This document shows, piece after piece, positions 28,593 through 39,200 of a DNA stretch of 64,000 bases (position 1 is its first letter; each line of letters opens with the position of its first letter). This stretch comes from a virus. The stretch lies in IMG/VR virus record IMGVR_UViG_3300037468_000262, positions 6,657-70,656 of that record; one strand, given 5' to 3'. The position numbers and the translations under genes are program-made. The notes under the pieces were generated by a model. The model was not told where the DNA came from. It saw only the letters and a program-made list of their open reading frames with translations, and ran no database searches.

Positions 28593-29594
28593 GTTGATTA
28601 CCGATTGTTAGAGAATAGAAGGGAGGGTTTTTTGCAGTGGTGGATTACCTCAACGGCGGCACTCGACACAGACCCTAGTCTATGGATGATGCGGTACTTG
28701 AACGACCGTTATGAGCATAGCACCGAAGAGAAACTTTGGTTCGCTTGGCTGTTCCACACATATAATTTACCCACATCATGGACAGTTAAGCAGGAATTTC
28801 CTGATGAAGAGTTAGCAAGTGTAGAAAGATTCGACACTTTCGTTGGTGAAAATTACCCCAGAATTCGTCATGAAAAAGACACTAAGTGGTCGCGTGGACA
28901 CCTGGCAGCAATGTATGCGAGCTACCACGATTGGGTTGGTGAGAGTACTCAGAGAGACAAATTCTGGGAACTGTGCCAAGGCTCCCCCGAAGAAAACTTC
29001 TGGCGTCTTTGGAACTTAGTCATAGAGAAATTCTTCAAGTTCGGTCGGTACACCACCTTCTTTTACTTACAAACTCTTAAGCAAACGTGTAATTTGCCGT
29101 TAGACTGCCCCTCTCTATTTCTGAGCGATTACTTAGGTAGTAAAAGCCATAGAAACGGTCTTTGCTTCGCGGCTGGAAAAGATGACTGGGTCAATCAAAA
29201 GTTGACTCCGGCAGAGTACGCTTGGCTAGAGGGCTTCGGTGCTGACTTGCTTGTAGAAGCACATTCGCGGTGGCCCGACTTCAAAGGAGACATGGACAAC
29301 TTCGCCCTTGAAACCTGTCTGTGCTCCTACAAAAAAGTTTTCCGGACAGCTAACGGCCGTTATATCAATTATTACAACGATCGAGTCTCTGAGCAAATTG
29401 CCAAGGCAGAAGGAGATGGTTGGTCAGGTATCGATTGGAATGTTTTGCATCAGTGCCGCAGCGAGTGCTCTAACGGGCGTCTTCGTAAAGAAGACAAAAT
29501 TGACAAAACAAAAATGCACCTCTTCGTTGATCAAGGAACTTTTCACTTCCTTTGGCATGGCAGCGAACTAACTCCGCTTACTGGGAACCTGTAG
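28515..29594 (+). CDS. Amino acid:DNA transferase (aG/PT-pyrophosphorylase family, HhH-glycosylase fold)
   Basis: DYRL.ENRRE.F, LWFAWL, FGR...F.YLQ.L, RNGLC and ETCLCSYKK...GRY motifs; start uncertain. Confidence 0.75.
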   Translation: MKTKDNMSSSASIYITGATKQNIRDHVDYRLLENRREGFLQWWITSTAALDTDPSLWMMRYLNDRYEHSTEEKLWFAWLFHTYNLPTSWTVKQEFPDEELASVERFDTFVGENYPRIRHEKDTKWSRGHLAAMYASYHDWVGESTQRDKFWELCQGSPEENFWRLWNLVIEKFFKFGRYTTFFYLQTLKQTCNLPLDCPSLFLSDYLGSKSHRNGLCFAAGKDDWVNQKLTPAEYAWLEGFGADLLVEAHSRWPDFKGDMDNFALETCLCSYKKVFRTANGRYINYYNDRVSEQIAKAEGDGWSGIDWNVLHQCRSECSNGRLRKEDKIDKTKMHLFVDQGTFHFLWHGSELTPLTGNL

Positions 29595-29626
29595 GGCTAT
29601 ACTCATCTTGTAACACACTCACACAC

Positions 29627-30115
29627 ATGAAACTAACTCACTACTTTGGAGTGCCCGGTTCCGGGAAGACGACGTTGATGCGACAAAAACTCGAAATTCT
29701 CCGTTCCGTTGAAGCAGACGAGTTTGTCAAAGAGGGTTTCATAGCCTACCATAAATTCACCCAACAAAAAACTATCGTCCTAGGGTGCTACGACGAAAGA
29801 ACTTTTTCTGGCACTGACACGTGGTCGAAATCGGCTGGCCCCAAGTTTCGCCAATGGCTACTCGATAATTCTGAAAGGTATGTGGGTTGGGAGGTCTTTT
29901 CGGAAGGAGAGAGGCTGTCGAACAGCCCTACCTTAGATGCAATGTTCGCCACGGGGGACATGACGCTTGTTCTTGTTCAAGTTAGCGACGAAGAACTTGA
30001 GAAAAGAAGAGCAGCCAGGAATAACACCCAAAACGAGACTTGGATGAAAGGTATGCAAACTCGGATGAACAACCTTGCCCAAAAGTACACTCATACCGTA
30101 CTCATCAACGATTGA
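29627..30115 (+). CDS. P-loop nucleotide/DNA-base kinase associated with aG/PT-PPlases
   Basis: GVPGSGKTT, G.Y....F.GTD..S, EGERL and R..R...QNETW.KG..TR motifs. Confidence 0.72.
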   Translation: MKLTHYFGVPGSGKTTLMRQKLEILRSVEADEFVKEGFIAYHKFTQQKTIVLGCYDERTFSGTDTWSKSAGPKFRQWLLDNSERYVGWEVFSEGERLSNSPTLDAMFATGDMTLVLVQVSDEELEKRRAARNNTQNETWMKGMQTRMNNLAQKYTHTVLIND

Positions 30116-30123
30116 AATCGACA

Positions 30124-30639
30124 ATGTCAAATTCTCAAGAGATTATCGAAAAGCTGAAAGACCAGATCGCTTTTCTGACTGCCGAACTCAATAGAGTTGA
30201 GCAAAAGTCCAATTCTTTGTGGAGTCAACTACAAGACGCTTTCCTTCAGGAAGGAAACGACTCGGAAAATGCGGACTTTTGGGCCGACCGGATTTCACAG
30301 ATTTTTTCTACCTGGGTTCACAATCAGAGAACCAACCTCACTCAGAGAATAATGTCAACGGGCGTAATGCCTCCCTACACGGACTGCCTTAACGATCTTG
30401 TCGTAAGTATCTCTCCTCCAGGGTCAACGCCACCAAGTTTGCCTCCTGAGTTTGCGGAATTGGCCAATACCTCTGTAGTTGGTCCCACCCTTTTAAGCCC
30501 CGGACTTGATCAACCCGCCTATCAAGGGCTTTCAGCAGACGCTCAGGTTGGACCCCCGAAGCAACGGAAGATAGGAGTCCCAACTCCCATTCCGGGGGCA
30601 GTTCCTCTGCCGTTACCTCCCTTGACTGAGCAGAGTTGA
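30124..30639 (+). CDS. Hypothetical protein, Pro-rich C-terminus
   Basis: ORF; start moved to ATG 30124. Confidence 0.6.
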   Translation: MSNSQEIIEKLKDQIAFLTAELNRVEQKSNSLWSQLQDAFLQEGNDSENADFWADRISQIFSTWVHNQRTNLTQRIMSTGVMPPYTDCLNDLVVSISPPGSTPPSLPPEFAELANTSVVGPTLLSPGLDQPAYQGLSADAQVGPPKQRKIGVPTPIPGAVPLPLPPLTEQS

Positions 30640-30658
30640 AGGTGATTTCTGTTGGGGC

Positions 30659-30721
30659 CGGTTAACCGAACGGAAGCCGACGGCTTCCACCCTTGTTTCT
30701 GCTCGGCAGAAACGGTATAGT
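30659..30721 (+). promoter_or_regulatory. Repeated promoter cassette copy 9 (TTGTTT-17-TATAGT)
   Basis: 40-nt identity with copies 3 and 10; spacer hairpin GTTTCTGC/GCAGAAAC. Confidence 0.85.
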
Positions 30722-30745
30722 AAGTTCAAGACCAGAGACACTGAC

Positions 30746-31378
30746 ATGGAAGCCTACACCAAGTATCCTCGGACTTTTCACTTCCCGTGGTCCGAAGCTG
30801 TCACGTCTGACGACAAGGTTGTTCCTTCTGTCGCCCATTTAGAGGGCCGCCAAGTGATTGTAACCGAGAAGATGGATGGCGAAAATACGACCATGTATCG
30901 GCATCACATTCACGCCCGCAGTCTTGACAGCAAAGGTGGTGAGGACCGTGCCTGGGTCAAGCAGTTCTGGGCGTCGATCCGTGGTGAAATCCCTGAAGGG
31001 TGGCGAATCTGCGGTGAGAACCTTTGGGCGAAACATTCTGTTTCCTACACCAACCTTCGGTCATACTTTTACGGGTTTAGCATCTGGGACGCAGATAACC
31101 AGGCACTGTCTTGGGAGGATACTGTGGACTACTTTGCAATGTTGGGCATTACTCCCGTTCCCATGCTTTATTCTGGAGTTTGGGATGAGGTTGTTATCCG
31201 CAATTTGTCCAAAAGTCTTAACTTAGTTGAGGCCGAAGGCTATGTCGTTCGCCTTGCCGATTCCTTTCACTACGACAACTTTAGCACTTCCGTGGCAAAG
31301 TTTGTTCGCAAGGGTCATGTTCAGACTGACAAGCACTGGCGATCACAGCAGTTTGTCCCCAATGGCCTGGCTACCTGA
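30746..31378 (+). CDS. RNA ligase (nucleotidyltransferase domain)
   Basis: KYPRT.H.PWS, TEKMDGEN, GEN, EGYVVR and AKFV motifs. Confidence 0.88.
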   Translation: MEAYTKYPRTFHFPWSEAVTSDDKVVPSVAHLEGRQVIVTEKMDGENTTMYRHHIHARSLDSKGGEDRAWVKQFWASIRGEIPEGWRICGENLWAKHSVSYTNLRSYFYGFSIWDADNQALSWEDTVDYFAMLGITPVPMLYSGVWDEVVIRNLSKSLNLVEAEGYVVRLADSFHYDNFSTSVAKFVRKGHVQTDKHWRSQQFVPNGLAT

Positions 31379-31404
31379 CTACCTCCCAACTTCAATCTAA
31401 CCGA

Positions 31405-31947
31405 ATGGCAACCACATACAAACCCCCCGCATCATTCACCCCTGCAATTCAATCCCAAAAATTCAGCGTTTTTCTAGCAGGCTCTATAGAAATGGGCACC
31501 GCACCTGACTGGCAAGCCGAGGTAGAAAATCAGTTGGCAGATCTCGATATGGTCATCTACAATCCGCGCCATGAAGACTGGGACCCAACTTGGGTTCAAA
31601 GCGCAGATAATCCCCAATTCCGTGAACAAGTGGAGTGGGAACTTAGTGCTTTAGATATCGCTGACTTGATCTTGATTTACCTGGCCCCAGGTACAGTGTC
31701 CCCAATATCTTTACTTGAGTTGGGTATTCACGCCGCTAAAAGATACTATACTCGTGAAAAGCAGCCGAGTTTCCGACATGAAAATACCATATTGTGCTGC
31801 CCCGAAGGGTTCCAGAGAAAGGGCAACGTAGACATTATCTGCGAGCGTTACGGTGTTGAACAAGTCAAAGACTTAGCTAGCCTATCAGACAGTGCTCGAC
31901 ATTGGTATAAGAACTGGGAATACAACACGAAGTTACACTCTAACTAA
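31405..31947 (+). CDS. Nucleoside 2-deoxyribosyltransferase-like protein
   Basis: VFLAGSI, WQ, NPR..DW, QVEWE and SPISLLELG motifs. Confidence 0.8.
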   Translation: MATTYKPPASFTPAIQSQKFSVFLAGSIEMGTAPDWQAEVENQLADLDMVIYNPRHEDWDPTWVQSADNPQFREQVEWELSALDIADLILIYLAPGTVSPISLLELGIHAAKRYYTREKQPSFRHENTILCCPEGFQRKGNVDIICERYGVEQVKDLASLSDSARHWYKNWEYNTKLHSN

Positions 31948-32316
31948 ATGACCACCACATTAAACCACCCACCTCACCTCCCTGACTTCGATGACATGGA
32001 CCCTGATGGTGCAATTGAAATTTTGTTGGGGGAAGACGAGGATGGCTATCAACATCTAGACTATCAGCATGTTTGTCACTACAGGGACGATTGCTCTAAC
32101 CTAGGTAGGTACAGACCGTGGCGTCGTACTACGGACTGGATCCCTCGCCAAGATTACTCCGAGGCTGACTTTGCATGGGCATTGGGAAAAATCTTGCGTA
32201 ACCTGAATTCCTCTCGGGACTTGAAAAGTTTGAGACTGGGCCTGACGGATAAAGAATGCCGTCGCATCTATTCAATGAGAGATCAGGCCATGGGCAAAAG
32301 TAAGCAGGGCGGTTAA
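31948..32316 (+). CDS. Hypothetical protein
   Basis: ORF. Confidence 0.55.
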   Translation: MTTTLNHPPHLPDFDDMDPDGAIEILLGEDEDGYQHLDYQHVCHYRDDCSNLGRYRPWRRTTDWIPRQDYSEADFAWALGKILRNLNSSRDLKSLRLGLTDKECRRIYSMRDQAMGKSKQGG

Positions 32317-32372
32317 CCGAACGGAAGCCGACGGCTTCCACCCTTGTTTCTGCGCTGCAGAAACTCTATACT
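32308..32372 (+). promoter_or_regulatory. Repeated promoter cassette copy 10 (TTGTTT-17-TATACT)
   Basis: As copy 9. Confidence 0.85.
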
Positions 32373-32396
32373 AACAATGTAATCCCCTTCCGATCC

Positions 32397-32864
32397 ATGA
32401 CCGCCAACGGCCAACTCCTTGACAAAATGCTTGTCCTTGCCACTAATGCCCACGCTGGACAATACGACAAGGGCGGCAAACCCTACATCCTTCACCCCCT
32501 CAAAGTGCTTCACTACCTGAAGACCGAAGACGAGGAACTTCAGTGCATTGCGCTGGGTCACGATATCATTGAAGATACCAAAGTTACTTACGCGGATCTT
32601 CGAGAGCAAGGGTTCACTCACCGGGTAATCGAAGGGATCCGCGCCCTCACCAAACAGCCTGGCGAAACCTACGACGAGTACAAGCACCGTGTGTTTGCCA
32701 ATGAAGATGCAATGCGTGTCAAGCTGTGCGACTTGAGGCATAACACTGATGTGCGCCGCCTGAAAGGTGTGACCGATAAGGACATTGCCCGAATGGCAAA
32801 GTATCACCTGTTTTATATGGAAATTCAAGCACGGTTGCAAAGTGCCAATGGTGACGATCAGTGA
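32397..32864 (+). CDS. HD-domain (p)ppGpp hydrolase-like protein (small alarmone hydrolase/Mesh1-like)
   Basis: H.GQ.DK.G.PYI.HP, HDIIEDT and VKLCD..HN motifs. Confidence 0.85.
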   Translation: MTANGQLLDKMLVLATNAHAGQYDKGGKPYILHPLKVLHYLKTEDEELQCIALGHDIIEDTKVTYADLREQGFTHRVIEGIRALTKQPGETYDEYKHRVFANEDAMRVKLCDLRHNTDVRRLKGVTDKDIARMAKYHLFYMEIQARLQSANGDDQ

Positions 32865-33591
32865 GGCAAAACCCGAATGTTATAGCCCCGGCAGGACAAA
32901 GTCCTGTGTCGAAATTGCAGAGAACGATTGCTTTACGTGCCCTGAAAGAGTAACTTGCCTCGAATTTGTTGCTGAAGTTAAGGAAATGGATGCTACCGGA
33001 GTGTCAACCAGTCACCGTCCCCCACCATTGCCCACCCCTGAGCAAATCATTTCGCTGGCTGCTTCAACGGATCTAGCCCACGAGGATATTTACGGAAACG
33101 TTTATTCCCCTTACGTTGAAGACACCGACATTCGAGACATCATAGTAGACTTTGCCACCAAACTTCTATACACTTACGGCAACCTACCATGACAATTGAA
33201 AAAGAAGCGCAACTAACATTACCAACCGTAGAGGAAATTATGACTTTAGCTTGTCAAACCGAGTTGGTATATGGCCCGCAACCTTGCGGTGGCACTTACT
33301 TTACAAACATTTACCCAGGGATTGATATTACACCTGCGCTAGTTAACTTTGCCACGGAACTCTTGAACAAGTACGGTAACACAAAATGACAAAAGCAGAG
33401 CTGATTGAAGCCTTGAACGAATTCCCCGACGAGACTATGGTAGTTGTAAGAGGCTGTAGAGGAGGTTGCACTACTAATTTGGATGTTGAAATGGTGAAGT
33501 TAGAAATCAATGTCAATATTTATGATTGTGATTTAGAGCCACATGAAGTAGACGAAGATGGTGATACCGATGCAATTTACATTTATTGATC

Positions 33592-33804
33592 ATGATTCCA
33601 ACAAGATTTAACGTAATTTTGCCACTCGACATGGCCCAAGACATGCAAGATCTAGTGGACGAAACAGGCCATTCCCGTGGTGAAATCTTCCGCCGCGCAA
33701 TGACACTCTACAAAAAGGCAATAGAGACTCGTTCAGCAGGAGGCAATGTGATTCTTCGCGATGAAGATGGCACCTTGCGTGATGTCGTGGGGCTAGGGAT
33801 ATGA
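33592..33804 (+). CDS. Ribbon-helix-helix protein
   Basis: RFNVILP...DL.DETG.SRGEIFRRAM.LY. Confidence 0.7.
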   Translation: MIPTRFNVILPLDMAQDMQDLVDETGHSRGEIFRRAMTLYKKAIETRSAGGNVILRDEDGTLRDVVGLGI

Positions 33805-34277
33805 CTGCGATATACCGTTGGCTCGATGCCGCAGGGATGGCGTTTGAGATAGAACTAGACCCGACGCAGGAGGCATGGCTTTTTCGTAATAAGAAAGCTC
33901 TTGCCTCTGTTAGGCGTGGCCTAGACCAAGCGAGAAAGGGAGAGTTTGTCGATCCGCCAGACCTTGATGAAGACGAAAAGCTTACCGCAATGGTCCCAGA
34001 TGATGAACAGGAATTCTCTGACGAGGAAATTCGCTTAGCTATTGCTGTAGCTGATCGAGTAGAGCAAGGCAAGGAACGTGTTTTCACTCTTGAAGAGTCC
34101 GCCGAAGACATTTTCGTTGCAACCGTAAACGAGCTTGCGGTAAAGACGCAGCAAAGCAAGGCTGAGGTACTTGCAAGTGCCCTAAATTTGTACTATAGAT
34201 TTGTTCACGACGAAGCACTTCGGTTCATGGTACATGGCGAGATTAGCGCCAACCCTACTAACCCCGACCACCCATAG
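33801..34277 (+). CDS. Antitoxin-like / RHH composite protein
   Basis: EAWLF.N..ALASVRRGL.QA..G segment plus C-terminal SKAEVL..ALNLY. Confidence 0.45.
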   Translation: MTAIYRWLDAAGMAFEIELDPTQEAWLFRNKKALASVRRGLDQARKGEFVDPPDLDEDEKLTAMVPDDEQEFSDEEIRLAIAVADRVEQGKERVFTLEESAEDIFVATVNELAVKTQQSKAEVLASALNLYYRFVHDEALRFMVHGEISANPTNPDHP

Positions 34278-36231
34278 CTATGAAAGAACCCATAGAAATC
34301 CTACTTCGAGTCTTGCTGGCAGGGCACACCGTGACAGATGTCAATGGGGAGGAATACGGTATGGATGATGAAGGGCACCTTTGTATTAAAGCGAGTTTCT
34401 ACCCCGGATATCTACCAAATGAACATCCAGAGCCAACTTGGCTACAAGTGCCATGCGATGTGTCTGAGTTAAAGACGATCGCTGATCGCATTGGCCGCGA
34501 TGCCCTTTGGTTGAAGGCTTGTGAAATTGGTTTAAGACAAGCCAATCTGGATTTTCTGACATGACTAAAATCCCGTATTGGCTGAAGGAGTTTCATGAAG
34601 AAACTGAGGCAATCCGAAAGCAGACTGCCGACATACAAGCAGAGACGGAAAATCTCCGCCAGCAAAATGCCTCACTACGGGCACTCAGAGAGCTTAACCG
34701 GAGCCCGGAAAAGTAAGACAAATTGTCGAAGCATCTATCATCAAACCAACACCTATGGCTGATTCCGGCCCTAAAGATTACTTCCAGTGGCAGCAAGAGC
34801 GCCAAGAGCTGAGAGAAGCCGTAGACATGCTCGGAAACTTCATTGCTAAGCACAGCAAGTTGAATTCTTTTGACTCCAGCATGTTGGCTATGCAAATCTT
34901 TGTAAATGGCGAAAGCTCCGGCTGCGTCTCTGCTGCCAGAGCTGCCCGCCTTATGGCAGAGGCCGACGATGCCTGATCCCACCATGCACGCATCCGACTG
35001 GGCAAACATCGCCCGTTGCGCCGGAGCCCGTTACAAGGCTGCCTATTGGCAAGCGATGGAGACTGGCGAGAAGGCTCCCCACGGTGTCCTATGGGGGCCG
35101 CTGTATGATCTTGCCTGGCGCGAACTCAACACCTGCCTGATGGCACGAAATATGGCATTTATCCGACGGCAGCGCTCCAATGCCTGAAGACCCAGCCGCA
35201 ATCCCTATCCTTCACCCCCGCTGCACAGTCACGATGCCCGACCCACACAAACAAACTGGCCGAACCACAAGGATGCTAACCGAAGCGTTCAAACTAGCGA
35301 AAGAAGGAAAAGCCGTCTACGTTCTAGCCGCTAACAGCGAGCATATGTACTATATGGAAAGGATGGCTGACCGGCTATTCGGGTCGGGCGAAGCTAGTAG
35401 TCTAGGTGTGAAATTTGAAACGCCTACTTCATTAACAACATTCGATTTCCGAACGATGCAACTCAAGGGTGCTCACCCCAACTGTCGCACTTTAATTGAC
35501 CACTGGACCATCGAGTCAGAGTATGCTATAATGCTAAAGGAGCTGCACAGGTATGACGCCCCGACCCCTGAGACACAACCATGAACACTGAAACGCTGCA
35601 TGACCAACAGAATAACCTGAAATGTTGGTGTAATACCTGCTGTAAAAATGCGACTGGTTATCATCATTTGTTTCGCATGGTGCTATGCCCTAAATGTGGT
35701 AATAAGCGGCGCCCCAGAGCAACTAACCATATGTTAGAATGTTCAGGAAGTAATGCCCCAGGGCAGGAGGGAAGTGTATATGGATGATGACTTAATTATG
35801 AAAGACTTCAATAGAAAAATGCAAGACTCTCCAACAACCGTGAATACCGAGCCCCGAAACCTAGATGAGACCGTAGAAAAGCTCAAAGTCATAAACGACA
35901 CGTTGTCGCGAAACGCAGAGGCCCTGGCAGATCTGGGCGCGATACTTACACACATTGGGCCCCTAGTTAAAAAAGCTTACCACAGGGGTGAGTGTTCCGT
36001 AGAACTAACTATCTACTGTGTTGTGGACAAAGGGAACCCAACCACAAGAAAACCATATTATATTACTGCATTTAAACTCCTTCAAGAGTTTGGTTTCGAA
36101 GTCTCGGAGAGGGCCGTAAGAGAAGGTGATACCATGTGTACACTAAGGGTTTCTTGGCCCCACCCAGGCACAGCCAGACCCGATCCTCCTGGAATCAATG
36201 GCCATGCGCTACCGGCACGATTTCGGACTGC

Positions 36232-36259
36232 TTGACTCTAAGCACCAAGCTGCTATACT
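36232..36259 (+). promoter_or_regulatory. Sigma70-type promoter (TTGACT-16-TATACT)
   Basis: Intergenic position; near-consensus hexamers. Confidence 0.55.
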
Positions 36260-39200
36260 AGTAACGATGCGACAACTTTGGGAAGAGGTCGTTGGCCTCG
36301 GCTTCACCGACCCGACTGATCACTAAACAACAATGGACAACCCAGTAACAACCGGGCAACTAAACTCAAAATTCAACGAGTTTGTAGATTTGTTTCTCAA
36401 TTTTAGAACACAGGACTGCGAAGCAGAGAATCTAAAAGGTCTTGCGGATCTTATAACCACCATGGAAGGGATAACCGCTCTCGTCAGAACTGCTTATAGT
36501 CACACAGCTTGCCTTAAAGAAGTCGCCTGGCGAATGGGGAAGGTTCTTATGGTGACATCAAGAAAGGAAATTACCAACGGTTGGGAATCTCATATCAACT
36601 ATACTTGGAGGGCCGACAGCAAAGTCGGACAAGAACGTGCAAGGAGAGATGTTGTAAAGTTCAATTGCACAGTGTTCTTGTATACTCCAGAAACTGACAC
36701 CGTCATCGATGTCACAGAATATTTCAAGGCCACCGATAATTTCATAGATTTTTCCAACTTCCCCCTTTCTTAAATAGAAAATGCTAAAGTCCAAAGCAGT
36801 ACAAATAGTTCAGCACTATGACTGGGATGAATTTGTAGAAGAAGTCTACGCAAAGACTTATAAGCTTAAGAATCAGCCTGATATGCTATTTACAACAATG
36901 CAGTATATCACTGTCCCCTTGGCGGAAGTAGAAGAGTATAAAAATACGAAGATTCCATTAGAACCTTTTCCTCTACAGTTTGGGGTCAGTTTTGAAACCT
37001 GGAAGAATTCCACACCAGAAGATACCCTACAACACTTTAAGTTCGATTGGGATAACGATACTTTTCGGGAATGTGGATTTTTTCCACATATTCAAATGAT
37101 TGCCAATGATTTACACGCCAAGGGTCTTTTAGAAGCTGGTGAGTATGTTATTGTTTATTGATCCCATTAACTTAGAAATTAATTTAACTCCCTAAACCAA
37201 ACAGCGAAATGCAAACCGCCACCTTATACACCCTTCAATCTAAGGTTATTCCAGTCTACGATGACAAGAGTATTAGATACTTGGGCCATGTTGATGATGT
37301 GTCTCCCCTTTATATTGAGGGTGGGCACACCGTGTTTACTGACAAGGCTTTGTTTAAAGAGACCTACCTACCTTTGCACCATGTGTGTAAATCATTTAGC
37401 GTGCCCCGAGGGTGTCCTGGAATTACACCCCCGAAACCCTGGAAATTTTTTGATTCCCAAGAAGACCGAGGATCCGGTGAACGCGAAGACACCTATCACC
37501 ACCTGTTTGCCGTCGATCCGAACTAGAAAAGATCCTACGGCACGTATTCAACGGGGAGAAAGTTTCGGAAAAGATCTCAAAGTTAGAGCAAGAGAAAAAG
37601 GATGTCTTAAGCACGAACGCTTCTTTGAACGAACGATTACTTTCAACCGATGACAAACTTTATGAACTTAGACGAAAGGTTCATACATTCTGTGAGTGCA
37701 ATGTCTTTAAGCGCCTATGGGTTGCATTCCACAACGATCTTGTTCCATAAGGGATACCCCATGTTAAATTCACAAATTAATGACTGACCGACACCCCCGA
37801 ACCGAAACAACTGAAACCAATGACAATTACCATTCCCATCTGGCTCCTATACATTGTAGGCGGCGCTGCAGTTATTGTGACGCTGGCCCTGGCCTGCTTC
37901 GGAGCGTTGGCTCTCCGGTACCTGCGATCAATTAAACTGCAATGACTGACAAACACCCGATTAACCCTCCCGCCACTCTTGTGGCAGAATGGGCTAGTGA
38001 AAGCCTGTCCACTCAATTCGTATGCACCAGGGCTGCCCGATGGGGTGCCGACCATGAATTAGAAGCGTGTTGTGACATTCTGCGTGGTGAGTACAACTAC
38101 CACCATCTCGCTGAACCACTCCGCCAGCTCCGCCGACCTAGACCGCTATCACAAAAAGAGCAGGCACTTTCAGGACTCGCTGCTGCTGTTGCTGCTGGGG
38201 ACATCACGCCTGAACGCGGGGCAACCATTCGCCTAGCACTCGAAGCCCTGCCCGATGGGCCCAGTAATTCCAGAAACACCCAACTAACCACATGACTCCT
38301 AACAACCCTGATCTTCGCTCCGCCATGGAACACCTCTCAATACTTACCGACGAACTAGAGTCCCACCATAAGGGGAGAAAATGACAATTATCATCCCAAT
38401 TTGGCTCCTTCACTTTGCTGCGGGGGCCGTAAGCGTTGTGGTTGTAGGTGGTGTTATCTACTTCGGATTGGCCGTCTGGGTTATGAGTCAGATACGATGA
38501 CTACTAAAACCGCCCGCCGCCTATGGCGAGCCATAGATAACGCAGAGAGTGAACTTCTGGCGAAAGAAAGAGAAACGGACGAGTCCTTCGACGACGCAGT
38601 ATTTAATGCTGCTAGCATCCGCGCTATTCGCGACTGGCTTGTTCCAGAAGAGGAACCATTGGACCCTATTTGGTTTGGATCTTCAATGGAACATAACTAC
38701 AACTTCCGACAGCAACTTCGTACCCTGCTCACGTCTGAGGCCGACCATGCGGAGCATTACAATGACTAAACCGAAGAACCACAATACTGCCGGGTGCCGT
38801 ATCACCACTAATCAGGAGAGTTATGAGGTCTGAATTGAGCCCTGCTGCCCAAGCGATTATAAATGCCATGTACGAAATCAACATGAACTCCAACTACGAC
38901 AACACTTCGTTGGCCATCGTTACCCTTCGTGCCGTTGCAGATCATGTGGCACCGCAGTGTAGCACTCGCACTAATCGTGGGGTCCAACAAATGTCAACCC
39001 GCATCAAATTACATGCCATCGCAGCCGAATTGGCAAGTTCCAATGTCTGAACCGAAGTACCACAATACTGCCGGACACCCTCGAATTGGTTCGAGCGCAC
39101 TCACTGCCGAGTCAGAGAAACAGACTCAATCAAAGCAATGCACCACAGAGCAACAATCCTGGGAATGCCCCAACATGGTGGAAGTCAATTCTGACTTTGA

